Assembly: GCA_014727915.1 (NCBI GenBank)
Contig: WJMO01000005.1
Coordinates: forward strand, 192,001-256,000
Source: Candidatus Altiarchaeales archaeon
GTDB taxonomy: Archaea > Altiarchaeota > Altiarchaeia > IMC4 > SCGC-AAA252-I15
Length of the DNA stretch: 64,000 nt
Direction: 5' to 3'
Below, piece by piece: positions 9,470 through 18,496 of this stretch. The notes beneath the pieces are model-generated. The model was not told the DNA's origin. It saw only the letters and a list, made by a program, of their open reading frames with translations, and made no database searches. A program made the translations under genes and the position numbers. Position 1 is the stretch's first letter. Every line of letters begins with the position of its first letter.

Positions 9470-9978
9470 TGTGTTATCCTCCTCTTCTCTTCTGCCGGGG
9501 GTTCCGGCTGCAGTCTCTCGAGCTTCCTCACTAATGTGAACGTCTTGACGCCCGTTGACTTCCAGTCCCTGCTACCCCTGAAACGGTATTCGCCCGAGGA
9601 TTTGCTGTATGCGATAGCCCTCCTCACGTTATCACCCACCTCGGTTGTCACCCTGACCTTGCCTCCCGGCTTCACTATGCATCCCGCGGCAGGAAGGAGG
9701 CACTGGATGAAGAAACTGGACTTGTCCCCGTCTGTACCCGGCTGGGGATAGCTTATCTGCACAAGATCAGCCGATCCCTTGAGCTCCTCCGGGATGCTGC
9801 CTGTGACTGTGAGGTCCGCCTTCCGGAAGTCCAGCCGCGGGTCGGTGAACGTCTTCCTGGCCTTCCTCAGACTAGCCTCGTTGAAGTCGAGGCCATAGAC
9901 CCTCTCAGCATCCGGGAACTCGTTCAACAGCTTGTTCGTTCCAAATCCCTCCCCGCAACCAAGGTCAACAGCGATCAT
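9466..9978 (-). CDS. Class I SAM-dependent methyltransferase
   Basis: VDLGCGEG motif I, VYGLDFN, KPGG. Confidence 0.75.
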   Translation of the reverse strand: MIAVDLGCGEGFGTNKLLNEFPDAERVYGLDFNEASLRKARKTFTDPRLDFRKADLTVTGSIPEELKGSADLVQISYPQPGTDGDKSSFFIQCLLPAAGCIVKPGGKVRVTTEVGDNVRRAIAYSKSSGEYRFRGSRDWKSTGVKTFTLVRKLERLQPEPPAEEKRRITQ

Positions 9979-9983
9979 ATCTA

Positions 9984-10670
9984 CTATTGCTTATCCAGCC
10001 ATTCTAACAGCGGCTTGTATGCTGTCCTGTCCAACCTGTCCCTCTGGGTTATCGCCTCTTCCATCCACTCCTGCAGGGTAGTTGGATTTGACCCTCCGAA
10101 TCTCTCCTCCAGGCTCTCCTGTGTTATCTCATCCATCGCCTCGACGGTGTTGTGTATGTCAACGGGCAGGAATCCATCGGTCATTTCGGCCAGCCGGTCC
10201 AGGTCCAGCGACACCGCGCCATCTCCCAGGAACTCCCGGAGAACTGCCTTACGGGCTTCAGGACCCGGTTCCGGCATGAACACGAGGCTGTTGAACCCTG
10301 CCTCCGACAGTCCTTGAATATTCCATGGATGGTTGGTTCCCCCCACCACAAGCACATCCTCTGAGAGATCCTCTATTGAATCCCTTATCTCCTGCACGTC
10401 CATGAACTTTTCAAACTCATCCAGGAACAGTAATGTTTTACCTTGAACGTCCGGCAGTCCTTCATCGATTTCGCCTGCTTTAACATCCTTGAACTCATAC
10501 CCTAACTCTCCAGCTATTGCCTTAGCCAGGAACGTCTTTCCATTCCCCGGTGGGCCGTAGATGACGACGCGGTTCGAACCTTCTTTTCCGGACTTAACAG
10601 CTTCGACGACGTTTTCCCTGACCAAACCGGCCAGATACTCGGAACCTTTCAAATCAGATAGTGTGACCAT
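9984..10670 (-). CDS. Minimal AAA+ ATPase (Vps4/CDC48-like, degenerate)
   Basis: GPPGNGKT Walker A, LLFLDEFE Walker B, GGTNHPW sensor 1. Confidence 0.8.
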   Translation of the reverse strand: MVTLSDLKGSEYLAGLVRENVVEAVKSGKEGSNRVVIYGPPGNGKTFLAKAIAGELGYEFKDVKAGEIDEGLPDVQGKTLLFLDEFEKFMDVQEIRDSIEDLSEDVLVVGGTNHPWNIQGLSEAGFNSLVFMPEPGPEARKAVLREFLGDGAVSLDLDRLAEMTDGFLPVDIHNTVEAMDEITQESLEERFGGSNPTTLQEWMEEAITQRDRLDRTAYKPLLEWLDKQ

Positions 10671-10672
10671 GG

Positions 10673-11137
10673 TTAATTCTTTTCCCTGATGCTATAAATC
10701 TCGTCTGCCAGTTTTCCCACGGATTCCATTACCTCCCTGCTTATGGGCTCTCCCAGCCCCGTCTGTTTGACCTGGACCGCTATGAACCTCACCTCGATGC
10801 CTTCCTGTCTCAGCCGGTTGGCGAACATCTTCATCGGCGCCCGGTGGGTCGAGACGTGCATCCCCTGCAGTCGGCCGATGTCGACCTCCCTGGTCTCCCC
10901 CGGACGTCCCTTGAAGTCGCCCGCATCAACCAATACGGCCTTCTCTGGCTTGAACCCTATTATCTCGTCCGTGAAGTTCTCGGGCGCGGTTGCGGTGAAC
11001 AAAACCTGGAAGTCGCAGTCGCCCATCCCTGATACCATTTCAGCCAGGGCCTTCCCAAGTCCGTCGTCTCCGCTCAGCTCGTTACCTACGCACACCAGGC
11101 TGACCCTACCCTCGAATGCCTGCTTGAGGACCATCAA
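10673..11137 (-). CDS. hycI: Hydrogenase maturation endopeptidase HycI
   Basis: VGNELSGDDGLG, APENF, VDAGDF, STHRAP. Confidence 0.88.
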   Translation of the reverse strand: MMVLKQAFEGRVSLVCVGNELSGDDGLGKALAEMVSGMGDCDFQVLFTATAPENFTDEIIGFKPEKAVLVDAGDFKGRPGETREVDIGRLQGMHVSTHRAPMKMFANRLRQEGIEVRFIAVQVKQTGLGEPISREVMESVGKLADEIYSIREKN

Positions 11138-11187
11138 TAAAGAATGGTCGTGGCTGATTTAAATGGCCTGCCAACCCATAATATCAT

Positions 11188-11676
11188 ATGCCCGGCCCAA
11201 TACCCCCGAAACCCCGCCATGGCAGGGAAGGCGAAGCCGAATCCGCGACTCCGAATGTGGATGTGGGCCTGCGAGAAAGTCGAAGCCAGGCCTCGATAAA
11301 GGGCAGTGTGATCGACAGATTGGGGGCTCGTATCGCGGAAAGCTACCGGCACCGGGGTTTCGCTTTCTACAACCTGGTCATGGACTACCTTCGAGTCGAG
11401 TATGCCCTGAGGGAGATGATAGGGATGGACGTGCCCGCCAGCACGGAGTGGTCGGTGAGCATGGGGGGTTTAGGGACGGTATTCGAGAAGGCCAGGTCTG
11501 AAGGGGGCAGTAAGATGGATCCGGAGTTCTTCACGTCCGGAAGGGACTTGCATCGCCTGGATGCTTATGTGAAGTCAGAAGCTGAGGCCTCCCTGGAGAG
11601 GGGAAGGCTCGCGGGCGAGTTCAAGGAGATATACCTCGGCTTGAAGCAGGTCTATTTCCAGCAGGAGAAGAGGTGA
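11188..11676 (+). CDS. Hypothetical protein
   Basis: 162-aa ORF with genome-like codon usage, followed after 7 nt by the CBS gene. Confidence 0.55.
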   Translation: MPGPIPPKPRHGREGEAESATPNVDVGLRESRSQASIKGSVIDRLGARIAESYRHRGFAFYNLVMDYLRVEYALREMIGMDVPASTEWSVSMGGLGTVFEKARSEGGSKMDPEFFTSGRDLHRLDAYVKSEAEASLERGRLAGEFKEIYLGLKQVYFQQEKR

Positions 11677-11683
11677 TCATGTC

Positions 11684-12100
11684 ATGTTGGTGAAGGAGGT
11701 GATGTCGACGAGGCTCGTGTTGATACTGTCATCAGACACTGTGCTGAAGGCGGTGAAGCTCATGGTCGCCAATGACATCGGCAGTCTGATTGTCGCTGAC
11801 AAGGGCAGGGCAGTGGGAGTGCTTACGATGAAGGACGTCTGCTCCAAGGTGATATCCGAAGAAAAGGATGTTGGGTCCACGCTGGTCGGGGACGTCATGT
11901 CCTCTCCTGTGATCACGGTGCATCCTAACTCGAACGTGGAGAGAGCAGCCAAGCTCATGGAGGAGAACAACATACGGAGGCTTGCGGTTGTCGAATACAA
12001 CAAGGTCCTAGGCATAATAACGATGATGGACATAGTGTCCAACCTACCGGAGCTGCTCGGCGTCATGTTCCAAACCTGGGTGACGCCCACCTGGAAGTAG
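11684..12100 (+). CDS. CBS domain pair protein
   Basis: VKEVMS...IGSLIV...GVLT..D and VGDVMS...IRRLAVV...GIIT..D. Confidence 0.9.
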   Translation: MLVKEVMSTRLVLILSSDTVLKAVKLMVANDIGSLIVADKGRAVGVLTMKDVCSKVISEEKDVGSTLVGDVMSSPVITVHPNSNVERAAKLMEENNIRRLAVVEYNKVLGIITMMDIVSNLPELLGVMFQTWVTPTWK

Positions 12101-12150
12101 GGGTTAAAATAAAAATTATTAATAAAAAAGTTAAAATAATTTAAAAAATT

Positions 12151-12666
12151 CTATTTTTTTCTTTTTGGTGAAGAAGTCATTGGCTGGGCAGCATATCCTT
12201 CCCTGCCTGCAGTCGGGACAGGCTAGCCTCCCGCAGACTACCGGGTTTCCCAGGAGCCAAAGCAACAGCGTCGATAATGTCAAAACCAGGATGGACCAGC
12301 TGAACCGGATGTATAAGAGGAATGCCCCCCTGCGAGCGTTGAAAACAAAGGTATGAACATGGGTATCATATCCCCGATTTTGACCTTCCTATCCCCGAAC
12401 ATGTCGTGGTCGCCTCTCCCGACTATAAAAGGCGCTATTTTTCCCTTTCCGAACGCGCATCTTTTGCCTTAGCAGCAGTAGCTGCAGATCTTCCAGTATA
12501 CTGGGTACTCCAGGGAGACGGTTTATAAAATGTATGCGACACCAAAGGCCAATCATATCCTGGAAAGTATTTAAAATCCGCTGGCTAGCGTGGATAATGG
12601 TATGATATTGGCTGCTAGCGCAATCCACAGTGGCTATTACTCGAAACCTCCGGTTTCTTCCCTCAT
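12151..12666 (-). pseudogene. Disrupted gene for a Cys-rich multi-pass membrane protein
   Basis: Manual translation from ATG 12666: MREETGGFE**PLWIALAANIIPLSTLASGF*ILSRI*LAFGVAYIL*TVSLEYPVYWKICSYCC*GKRCAFGKGK...STLAG / frameshift in G6 run / AFLLYIRFSWSILVL...GNPVVCGRLACPDCRQGRICCPANDFFTKKKK; 6 in-frame stops and 1-2 homopolymer frameshifts. Confidence 0.8.
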
Positions 12667-12866
12667 TCTTTCTTCTTCTTTTTGGGGTTGAGGGTCTCTT
12701 CCGCCTCATGGAATGTGGTGAAGGTTGGGTCGAACTCGTCTTCTTCGGGGGATTGACCTAGGTTCCCTTTTATGTCTGCCGACTCCAAAGGCCCTATCCT
12801 GCCCCTGGCGCCATCCAGCATCCTCATGTACTGGGGGTCCCTGAACCTAGCCTTTCCACTTGTCAA
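12663..12866 (-). CDS. Small hypothetical protein (67 aa)
   Basis: TTG start downstream of an AT-rich TATA-like element; stop overlaps (ATGA) the pseudogene start; the longer ORF-track version overlaps rnhC and is unlikely. Confidence 0.45.
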   Translation of the reverse strand: MTSGKARFRDPQYMRMLDGARGRIGPLESADIKGNLGQSPEEDEFDPTFTTFHEAEETLNPKKKKKE

Positions 12867-12905
12867 TGTGATTATATACTGGCATTCGGTGTTATTATCT
12901 GCATC

Positions 12906-13544
12906 ATGGATCGCATCGGCACTGACGAGTCGGGCAAGGGAGACTACTATGGGCCCCTGGTCGTGGCGGCAGTGTATGTCGGGAAGGGCGATGACCGGAA
13001 GCTCCGCAACATGGGCGTCCGCGACGGGAAGAAGCTCAGGGATGACAGGGTATTGTCCCTTGAGCGTAAGATAAAGGACGGTTTCGAGCATGATGTGGTG
13101 AGGATAAGCCCCGGCAAATACAACGCATTATACGACAAGCTTGGCAACTTGAACGTCATGCTAGCATGGGCTCACGCGCGGGCCATAGAGAACCTTCTTC
13201 CCAGGGTCATATGCGACATGGTCGTGTCGGACCAGTTCGGAGACGAGAGGTTCCTCGAGGAGCGTCTGATGGATGAGGGGCGGAAGGTCAGGCTGGTCCA
13301 GAGGCCGAGGGCTGAGTCTGACCTGGCTGTGGCTGCCGCCTCCATACTCGCGAGGGCTGCCTACCTGAGGTTTTTGAAGGGCATGAGGATGAAGTATGGT
13401 GTGATATTCCCCAAGGGCGCCGTTGAAGTGTATGAGGCTGGCAAGACCTTCATAGAACTGTATGGTCTGGCGAGGCTGGGGGAGGTCGCGAAGCTTCACT
13501 TCAAAACAACCGAGAAGATAAAGGAAAACCTAAAGCAGCTTTAG
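12906..13544 (+). CDS. rnhC: Ribonuclease HIII (no N-terminal TBP-like domain)
   Basis: IGTDESGKGDYYGPLVVAAV, VRDGKKL, DQF, AVAAASILAR, KLHFKT. Confidence 0.85.
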   Translation: MDRIGTDESGKGDYYGPLVVAAVYVGKGDDRKLRNMGVRDGKKLRDDRVLSLERKIKDGFEHDVVRISPGKYNALYDKLGNLNVMLAWAHARAIENLLPRVICDMVVSDQFGDERFLEERLMDEGRKVRLVQRPRAESDLAVAAASILARAAYLRFLKGMRMKYGVIFPKGAVEVYEAGKTFIELYGLARLGEVAKLHFKTTEKIKENLKQL

Positions 13545-13605
13545 CTTGTTGGAATGTCCTGTTGGAAACCCGGATATATTTATTTTAGTATTCGGAATAT
13601 TCTGG

Positions 13606-14856
13606 GTGGTCGAGCTAAAACCCTTCAAACGGCTAAGATACAACATTGAAGCTGTGGGAAGTATAGGGGATGTCGTGACCCTCCCCTATGACATAATAAC
13701 CCCTGAGAAGCAGGAGAGATACTACCGCCAGTCCGAGCACAATTACGTGAGGCTCATCCTCGCCCGGGAGGAAGATGGCGATAACGGGGACAGCAGGTAT
13801 GAGAGTGCTAGGAGGACGTTGGATAAGTGGATGGCCGAGGGTGTCCTAGTCGAGGATGAGGACCCCGGCCTTTTCATATACGAGGAGGAGTTCGACTTCA
13901 ACGGTGGCAGGAAGAGGCAGGCAGGCATTGTCGGATTGGTCAAGCTGGAGCCCTTCGAAAAGGGCGTGATCCTGCCCCATGAGAAGGTATACAACACGGC
14001 CATAGAGGACCGATACAGCCTTTTGAAGGCTACGAGGTCATGTCTTGAGATGATAATAGGCGTCTTCTCGGACAGGGAACGCAGGGTATTGGAGGTCATG
14101 AGGAAATACGTGTCGGAGGCTCCTGAACTGGACTTCGAACACGAGGATGAAGTCCGCCATCGGCTTTGGAAGATAACCGACAAGGACGACTTGGATTCTG
14201 TAATATCTGCTTTTAGGGATGACAAGGTGATCATAGCCGACGGCCACCACAGGTATACGACCGCACTCAAATACTATTCTGACTCCGGCGATGAGCGGGC
14301 GGGTTACATGCTCTTCCTCCTATGGAGCATGGAAGACGACCTCAAGGTCCTGCCCACGCACCGTCTGCTTAAGAGGGATTCGTTCGACTCCACCACCCTT
14401 GAGGGCCTCGAAGGCTTTGAGGTTGAGGATGTGGACTCTGGCTTGGAAGGGCTTTTGGCGCGAATGGGCGATTCTGACGAGTCTCACGTGTTTGGCGTTT
14501 ACGACGGCGGTTTCCATCTGCTGAAGCTCGTTGATGGCGGGCATTTTGTCCTGGACGAGAGCAAGAGCATGGCATGGAATGGATTGGACGTCAACATAAT
14601 GCGCTCTAAGATAATCAAGCCGTTACTGAGCGGCGAGAACGGAGAATGCATCGACAGGGGGGATCTGGCTTTCACCAAGGATGCTAGGAAAGCGGTTGAG
14701 AAGGTTGATGCCGGCGAGTATGATGTGGCGTTCTTCCTGAATCCGCCCTCCATCGATGAGATCCGCGATGTTGTTGATGCGGGGGAGCGGATGCCCCAGA
14801 AATCCACCTACTTCTACCCTAAACCTCTGTCCGGGATCCTCATGTGCAGGCTTTAA
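13606..14856 (+). CDS. DUF1015 family protein
   Basis: PYDII, ILPHE, IIADGHHRY, MPQKSTYFYPKPLSG. Confidence 0.88.
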   Translation: MVELKPFKRLRYNIEAVGSIGDVVTLPYDIITPEKQERYYRQSEHNYVRLILAREEDGDNGDSRYESARRTLDKWMAEGVLVEDEDPGLFIYEEEFDFNGGRKRQAGIVGLVKLEPFEKGVILPHEKVYNTAIEDRYSLLKATRSCLEMIIGVFSDRERRVLEVMRKYVSEAPELDFEHEDEVRHRLWKITDKDDLDSVISAFRDDKVIIADGHHRYTTALKYYSDSGDERAGYMLFLLWSMEDDLKVLPTHRLLKRDSFDSTTLEGLEGFEVEDVDSGLEGLLARMGDSDESHVFGVYDGGFHLLKLVDGGHFVLDESKSMAWNGLDVNIMRSKIIKPLLSGENGECIDRGDLAFTKDARKAVEKVDAGEYDVAFFLNPPSIDEIRDVVDAGERMPQKSTYFYPKPLSGILMCRL

Positions 14857-14880
14857 AGCAGAAGGTTCCAATGGATTACC

Positions 14881-15795
14881 ATGTCTGCTGGCTTGGAGAA
14901 GAAGGTCAGGGATGTAATGACCTCCAAGGTCATGACGGTTAAGCGTAGTGACTCTGTTTCCAAGGCTGTTGAGCTGATGAAGTCGAGGAACATAGGCTCT
15001 GTTGTGGTCGTCGAGAAAGGCCTGGTAGTCGGGATCATAACCGAGCGTGACGTCATAACCAAGGTGCTGGGAGAGGGCAGGGAACCCTCTTCGGCTGTCG
15101 TGGAGGATGTCATGTCCGTGGATCCGGTTATGGTCGACTCCGACCTCCCGATATTCGAAGCTGCCAAGCTGATGGTTGAAGGCAAGTTCAGGAGGCTCCC
15201 GGTCGTGGAAGCCGGGAAGCTGAAGGGCATAGTCACTGAGACTGACCTGTCGAATGCCATGCGGTCCGCGGCAATAGACGTGACCCCCAGGCTGGAGGAT
15301 TATGTCAGTTCGCTCCCTTCAGAGTACCAGCTCGACCCTGGCAAGTCCTATCTGTTCGAGGAGCGCAAGCCCATGAAATGCTATGAGGTATTCGTCGACC
15401 TTGTGAAGCACGGCTATGCTGGTCTGTGCATATCACGGACCAACCCGTCGGTCATAAGGAAAATGCATGGCATATCCGCCACGCCGATGGTTTGGGTCAC
15501 TGACATAAAGACGTCGGAGCCCACGATAGACCCGAAAGACCTTGTTGGAGTGTCCAAGATGGTGTCGGAGTTCGTTGAAAAGGCCAAAAACGGGGTCGTG
15601 TTCATAGAGGCTTTGACCTACCTAATAGGCCACAACGACTTCAACGGCGTGTTGAACATAGTCCAGCACATACGTGACAAGGTGTCCGACAGCAATTCCT
15701 CCCTTATCATATACGCCGACCCCATCGTGTTGAGTGAGAGGGAGCTGGAGATGCTGATGCAGGAGATGGACGAGGTCAAGTTCAGGGCATACTAG
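14881..15795 (+). CDS. CBS-pair + DUF835 (inactive KaiC-like) protein
   Basis: Two N-terminal CBS domains; C-terminal GLCISRTNP...MVWVT...VVFIEALTYLIGHNDF DUF835 pattern. Confidence 0.85.
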   Translation: MSAGLEKKVRDVMTSKVMTVKRSDSVSKAVELMKSRNIGSVVVVEKGLVVGIITERDVITKVLGEGREPSSAVVEDVMSVDPVMVDSDLPIFEAAKLMVEGKFRRLPVVEAGKLKGIVTETDLSNAMRSAAIDVTPRLEDYVSSLPSEYQLDPGKSYLFEERKPMKCYEVFVDLVKHGYAGLCISRTNPSVIRKMHGISATPMVWVTDIKTSEPTIDPKDLVGVSKMVSEFVEKAKNGVVFIEALTYLIGHNDFNGVLNIVQHIRDKVSDSNSSLIIYADPIVLSERELEMLMQEMDEVKFRAY

Positions 15796-15839
15796 ATTGG
15801 TTCTCCTTAACGCTTATAGTTGCAAACCCAATTATTTAC

Positions 15840-17039
15840 ATGCTTCTCCACGGCCGCTTGCGCGAGTACCGTGATCTCTTCAGGCTGGGGCCTGTCCTAC
15901 TTGCATGGACGGTAGGCCACGGTGCGATGTGGTTCCTTATGCCGAACATCGTAGGCGCCATAGTCGGGGATGTGGTCCTTGTGGGCGTCATCATCTCACT
16001 TCCTGCAGTGGTTGCGATGTTAGTCGACCTGCCCATAGGCGATCTGACGGATAGGATGGGGTCCCGCCGTCTTCTGTTGTCCGGGCTTTTCGCCCTCGGA
16101 GTTCTCGGAGCCTCTCTTTCGTATGTTTCCAACCTATTGGGTCTGTTGGCTTTCATGGTCTTCCTAGGACTCCTCTACCAGCTCGTTTACATACCTGCGA
16201 AGGCGTATGTTATGGATGTCAGCCCCCTGGGAAAGAGCTCCGAGTACCTGGGGTTCGAGATGAGCTTCATAATGCTGGGTCTTGCGCTTGGCCCGATCGC
16301 GGCGGGCATGATTATATCCAAGGGTCTTTCCCCCAACCTGGCGGGCTCTCTATTGTACGTGTTCTCATGTTTTTCTGCTTTGACCCTTGGGGTTCTTTTG
16401 TTCAGGGACTGCATGCCGCATGAGTGTTTCACGAAGGCCATACGGGAGGTCCTGGTGGAAGACAAGGTTTTCCTCAAGGAGCTGGTCGAATATGCCCGCC
16501 TCAAGTCGACTGGCTTATCCATACTCGTGCTGACCTTCACCTTCACATTCTATGATGGTATGGTCTGGACCATCCAGCCACTCCACTACCTGTCTTTCAC
16601 GGACTCCGCTCTTGAGGGGGGTCTAATACTCTCCTCGTTCGTCTTGCCTTTCATATTGTTTGACATACCGGGAGGAAGGTTGGCCGACCGTTTCGGGCGC
16701 AGGAAGATACTAATGTTTGGGCTGGCCCTGGGTGGCGTGTCTTCCATAGCGTTCAGCATGGCCTCCACCGTCCCTCAGCTGATGCTTTCAGCGTTCATCG
16801 CTACCTCGGGTTTGGCGTTCGCCTGGCCAAGCATGGAGGGCATACTCACCGTTAAGACCGACCTTGGGGGCAGGGGTTCTGTCATTGGCGTTTGGAGCAC
16901 AGCCCGGGACCTCGGATATGTCCTGGGGCCGATATGCGGGGGTTTGCTGGCTAAGGCTTTGGGGTTGGACAGGGTCTTCATGGTTTTGGGGGTGCTGCTC
17001 CTGGCTGTGATGGCCTTCACTTTCAAGATACGAGAATAG
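15840..17039 (+). CDS. MFS transporter
   Basis: GDLTDRMGSRR and GRLADRFGRR motif A repeats; about 12 TM. Confidence 0.9.
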   Translation: MLLHGRLREYRDLFRLGPVLLAWTVGHGAMWFLMPNIVGAIVGDVVLVGVIISLPAVVAMLVDLPIGDLTDRMGSRRLLLSGLFALGVLGASLSYVSNLLGLLAFMVFLGLLYQLVYIPAKAYVMDVSPLGKSSEYLGFEMSFIMLGLALGPIAAGMIISKGLSPNLAGSLLYVFSCFSALTLGVLLFRDCMPHECFTKAIREVLVEDKVFLKELVEYARLKSTGLSILVLTFTFTFYDGMVWTIQPLHYLSFTDSALEGGLILSSFVLPFILFDIPGGRLADRFGRRKILMFGLALGGVSSIAFSMASTVPQLMLSAFIATSGLAFAWPSMEGILTVKTDLGGRGSVIGVWSTARDLGYVLGPICGGLLAKALGLDRVFMVLGVLLLAVMAFTFKIRE

Positions 17040-17054
17040 GCCGAGATGGTCTTC

Positions 17055-18347
17055 TCAGTGGAGTCCGAGGCTGGAGGCGACTATCTTCTTTATGTCGGCA
17101 GGGCTTCCCCCTAACCTTATCAAGGTCGTGGTTCCCCGCACCCCAGAACCTGACAGCGTCAATGTGACGAGCCCGAGCATCTCCAGCTCCTTGAGATACT
17201 CTCCGAACCACCTCATAGTGCGCGGGTTCCTGTTCAGGTGCTTGCATATGCGCTCGTAGTTCTCGTACACTTCCCCTGAGAAAAGGACATCCGCAGGGGC
17301 GTCGGAGAGCCTCTTGTACTGGCTTCCCCTGGCTATTGCGTCGGCGATGGAGTAAAGGACGATCTGCTGGTGCTCGGGCAGGGTGGTTATTAGCTCGTTT
17401 ATCACATCCTCCTCAACCCGCGCCTTCGCCTCTTTAACATCGTCCTTCTTGACCCTCTTCCTCTTGTTGTTCTGTGCTATCTCCCCGGCCTTCTGCAGTA
17501 GGCGCAGTCCGTAGCGCGCGTCGCCGTTGGTCTGGGCTGCGTAGGCGGCTATCAAGGCGATGTTGGACTCTGAGATGCTGCCCTTCTTGAATCCCATCTT
17601 AACCCTGTGCTTCAGTATCGTCTTCAGCTGGTTGGCGTTGTAGGGCTTGAACACTATCTCCTCCTCGCAGAGGGTGCTCTTGGTCCTGGGGTCTAGGTCG
17701 TTCTTGAACGAGTACTTGTTGGAGATGCCTATTATGGAGATGCTCCCCCTGCATGTCTTCCCGTCGAACTCCACCTCCCCGATCTCGTCGTTCATCCTCG
17801 TGAGAATGTAGATGAGCTCGTTGACGTCCTTCACCATGTCCACCTCGTCCAACACTACTATCATATGCACTGCGTTGGATTCTATCGTCGCTCTCATCCT
17901 CTGCTGGAGCTCGGTGGGCGATCTGCCGCTAAGCTTGCCTCCTCGAACCCCCTCCAGTGGCGTGTCCTTCAGACCCTCCCTGTTCAGCGAATCATCCTCG
18001 ACTATCTTCAACAGGACCTGGTATTTGCTGTTGTAGCCTAGGCGGCAGTTCATGTATGCGACCGCTGCCCTGGCGTTGTTCTTGTTCTTTGACTTGTCCG
18101 CTAGCGTGGACTCCAGCTCCCGGGTGATGTTCTTGACAACGCTGGTCTTTCCCGTGCCGGTCTTGCCGTAGAGGAAGATGTTGTTCGGCTTCACGTTCAG
18201 GAATATCGATGCGAGAGACCGTGTAATCTGCTTTATCTCCTGCTTTCGGTAGGGGAGGTCCTTTGGTATGTAGTGGGGGCTCAGGACTCCCAGGTCCTTG
18301 AACACTCCCTTGTCCTTCAATTCGTCATCGAATAGCTTGCCTGACAT
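17055..18347 (-). CDS. cdc6: Orc1/Cdc6 replication initiation protein
   Basis: YGKTGTGKT, IVVLDEVD, FKPYNANQL, GDAR sensor 2, C-terminal winged helix; alternative start at 18380. Confidence 0.93.
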   Translation of the reverse strand: MSGKLFDDELKDKGVFKDLGVLSPHYIPKDLPYRKQEIKQITRSLASIFLNVKPNNIFLYGKTGTGKTSVVKNITRELESTLADKSKNKNNARAAVAYMNCRLGYNSKYQVLLKIVEDDSLNREGLKDTPLEGVRGGKLSGRSPTELQQRMRATIESNAVHMIVVLDEVDMVKDVNELIYILTRMNDEIGEVEFDGKTCRGSISIIGISNKYSFKNDLDPRTKSTLCEEEIVFKPYNANQLKTILKHRVKMGFKKGSISESNIALIAAYAAQTNGDARYGLRLLQKAGEIAQNNKRKRVKKDDVKEAKARVEEDVINELITTLPEHQQIVLYSIADAIARGSQYKRLSDAPADVLFSGEVYENYERICKHLNRNPRTMRWFGEYLKELEMLGLVTLTLSGSGVRGTTTLIRLGGSPADIKKIVASSLGLH

Positions 18348-18392
18348 TTTCTTTTGGGGGAGAATATATGGGAAGGTCATATATAAAATGGT

Positions 18393-18424
18393 GGGGAATC
18401 CACTGTGTAGGCGGGTGATTCCCC
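18393..18424. promoter_or_regulatory. Inverted repeat GGGGAATC-N16-GATTCCCC between divergent cdc6 and sepF promoters
   Basis: 8-bp perfect arms flanked by AT-rich TATA-like tracts on both sides. Confidence 0.45.
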
Positions 18425-18496
18425 TGATTTATTAATAAACCCTTACTCACATATTATGGTGTATATTTATGCGATTTCATTGTGTGAGGTGTGATA

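Noticed and set aside
12151-12666. Genome-wide reassignment of TAA/TAG to Tyr
   Set aside because: Many well-conserved genes in the window terminate properly at TAA or TAG (e.g. nac, DUF1015, glmS, trpA), and the locus also has a frameshift
12165-12709. ORF-track entries 12165-12356 (+) and 12389-12709 (-)
   Set aside because: Better explained as off-frame readings of the pseudogene at 12151-12666
18348-18496. Replication origin next to cdc6
   Set aside because: No clear multiple ORB elements or extended unwinding region; kept only as a possible operator
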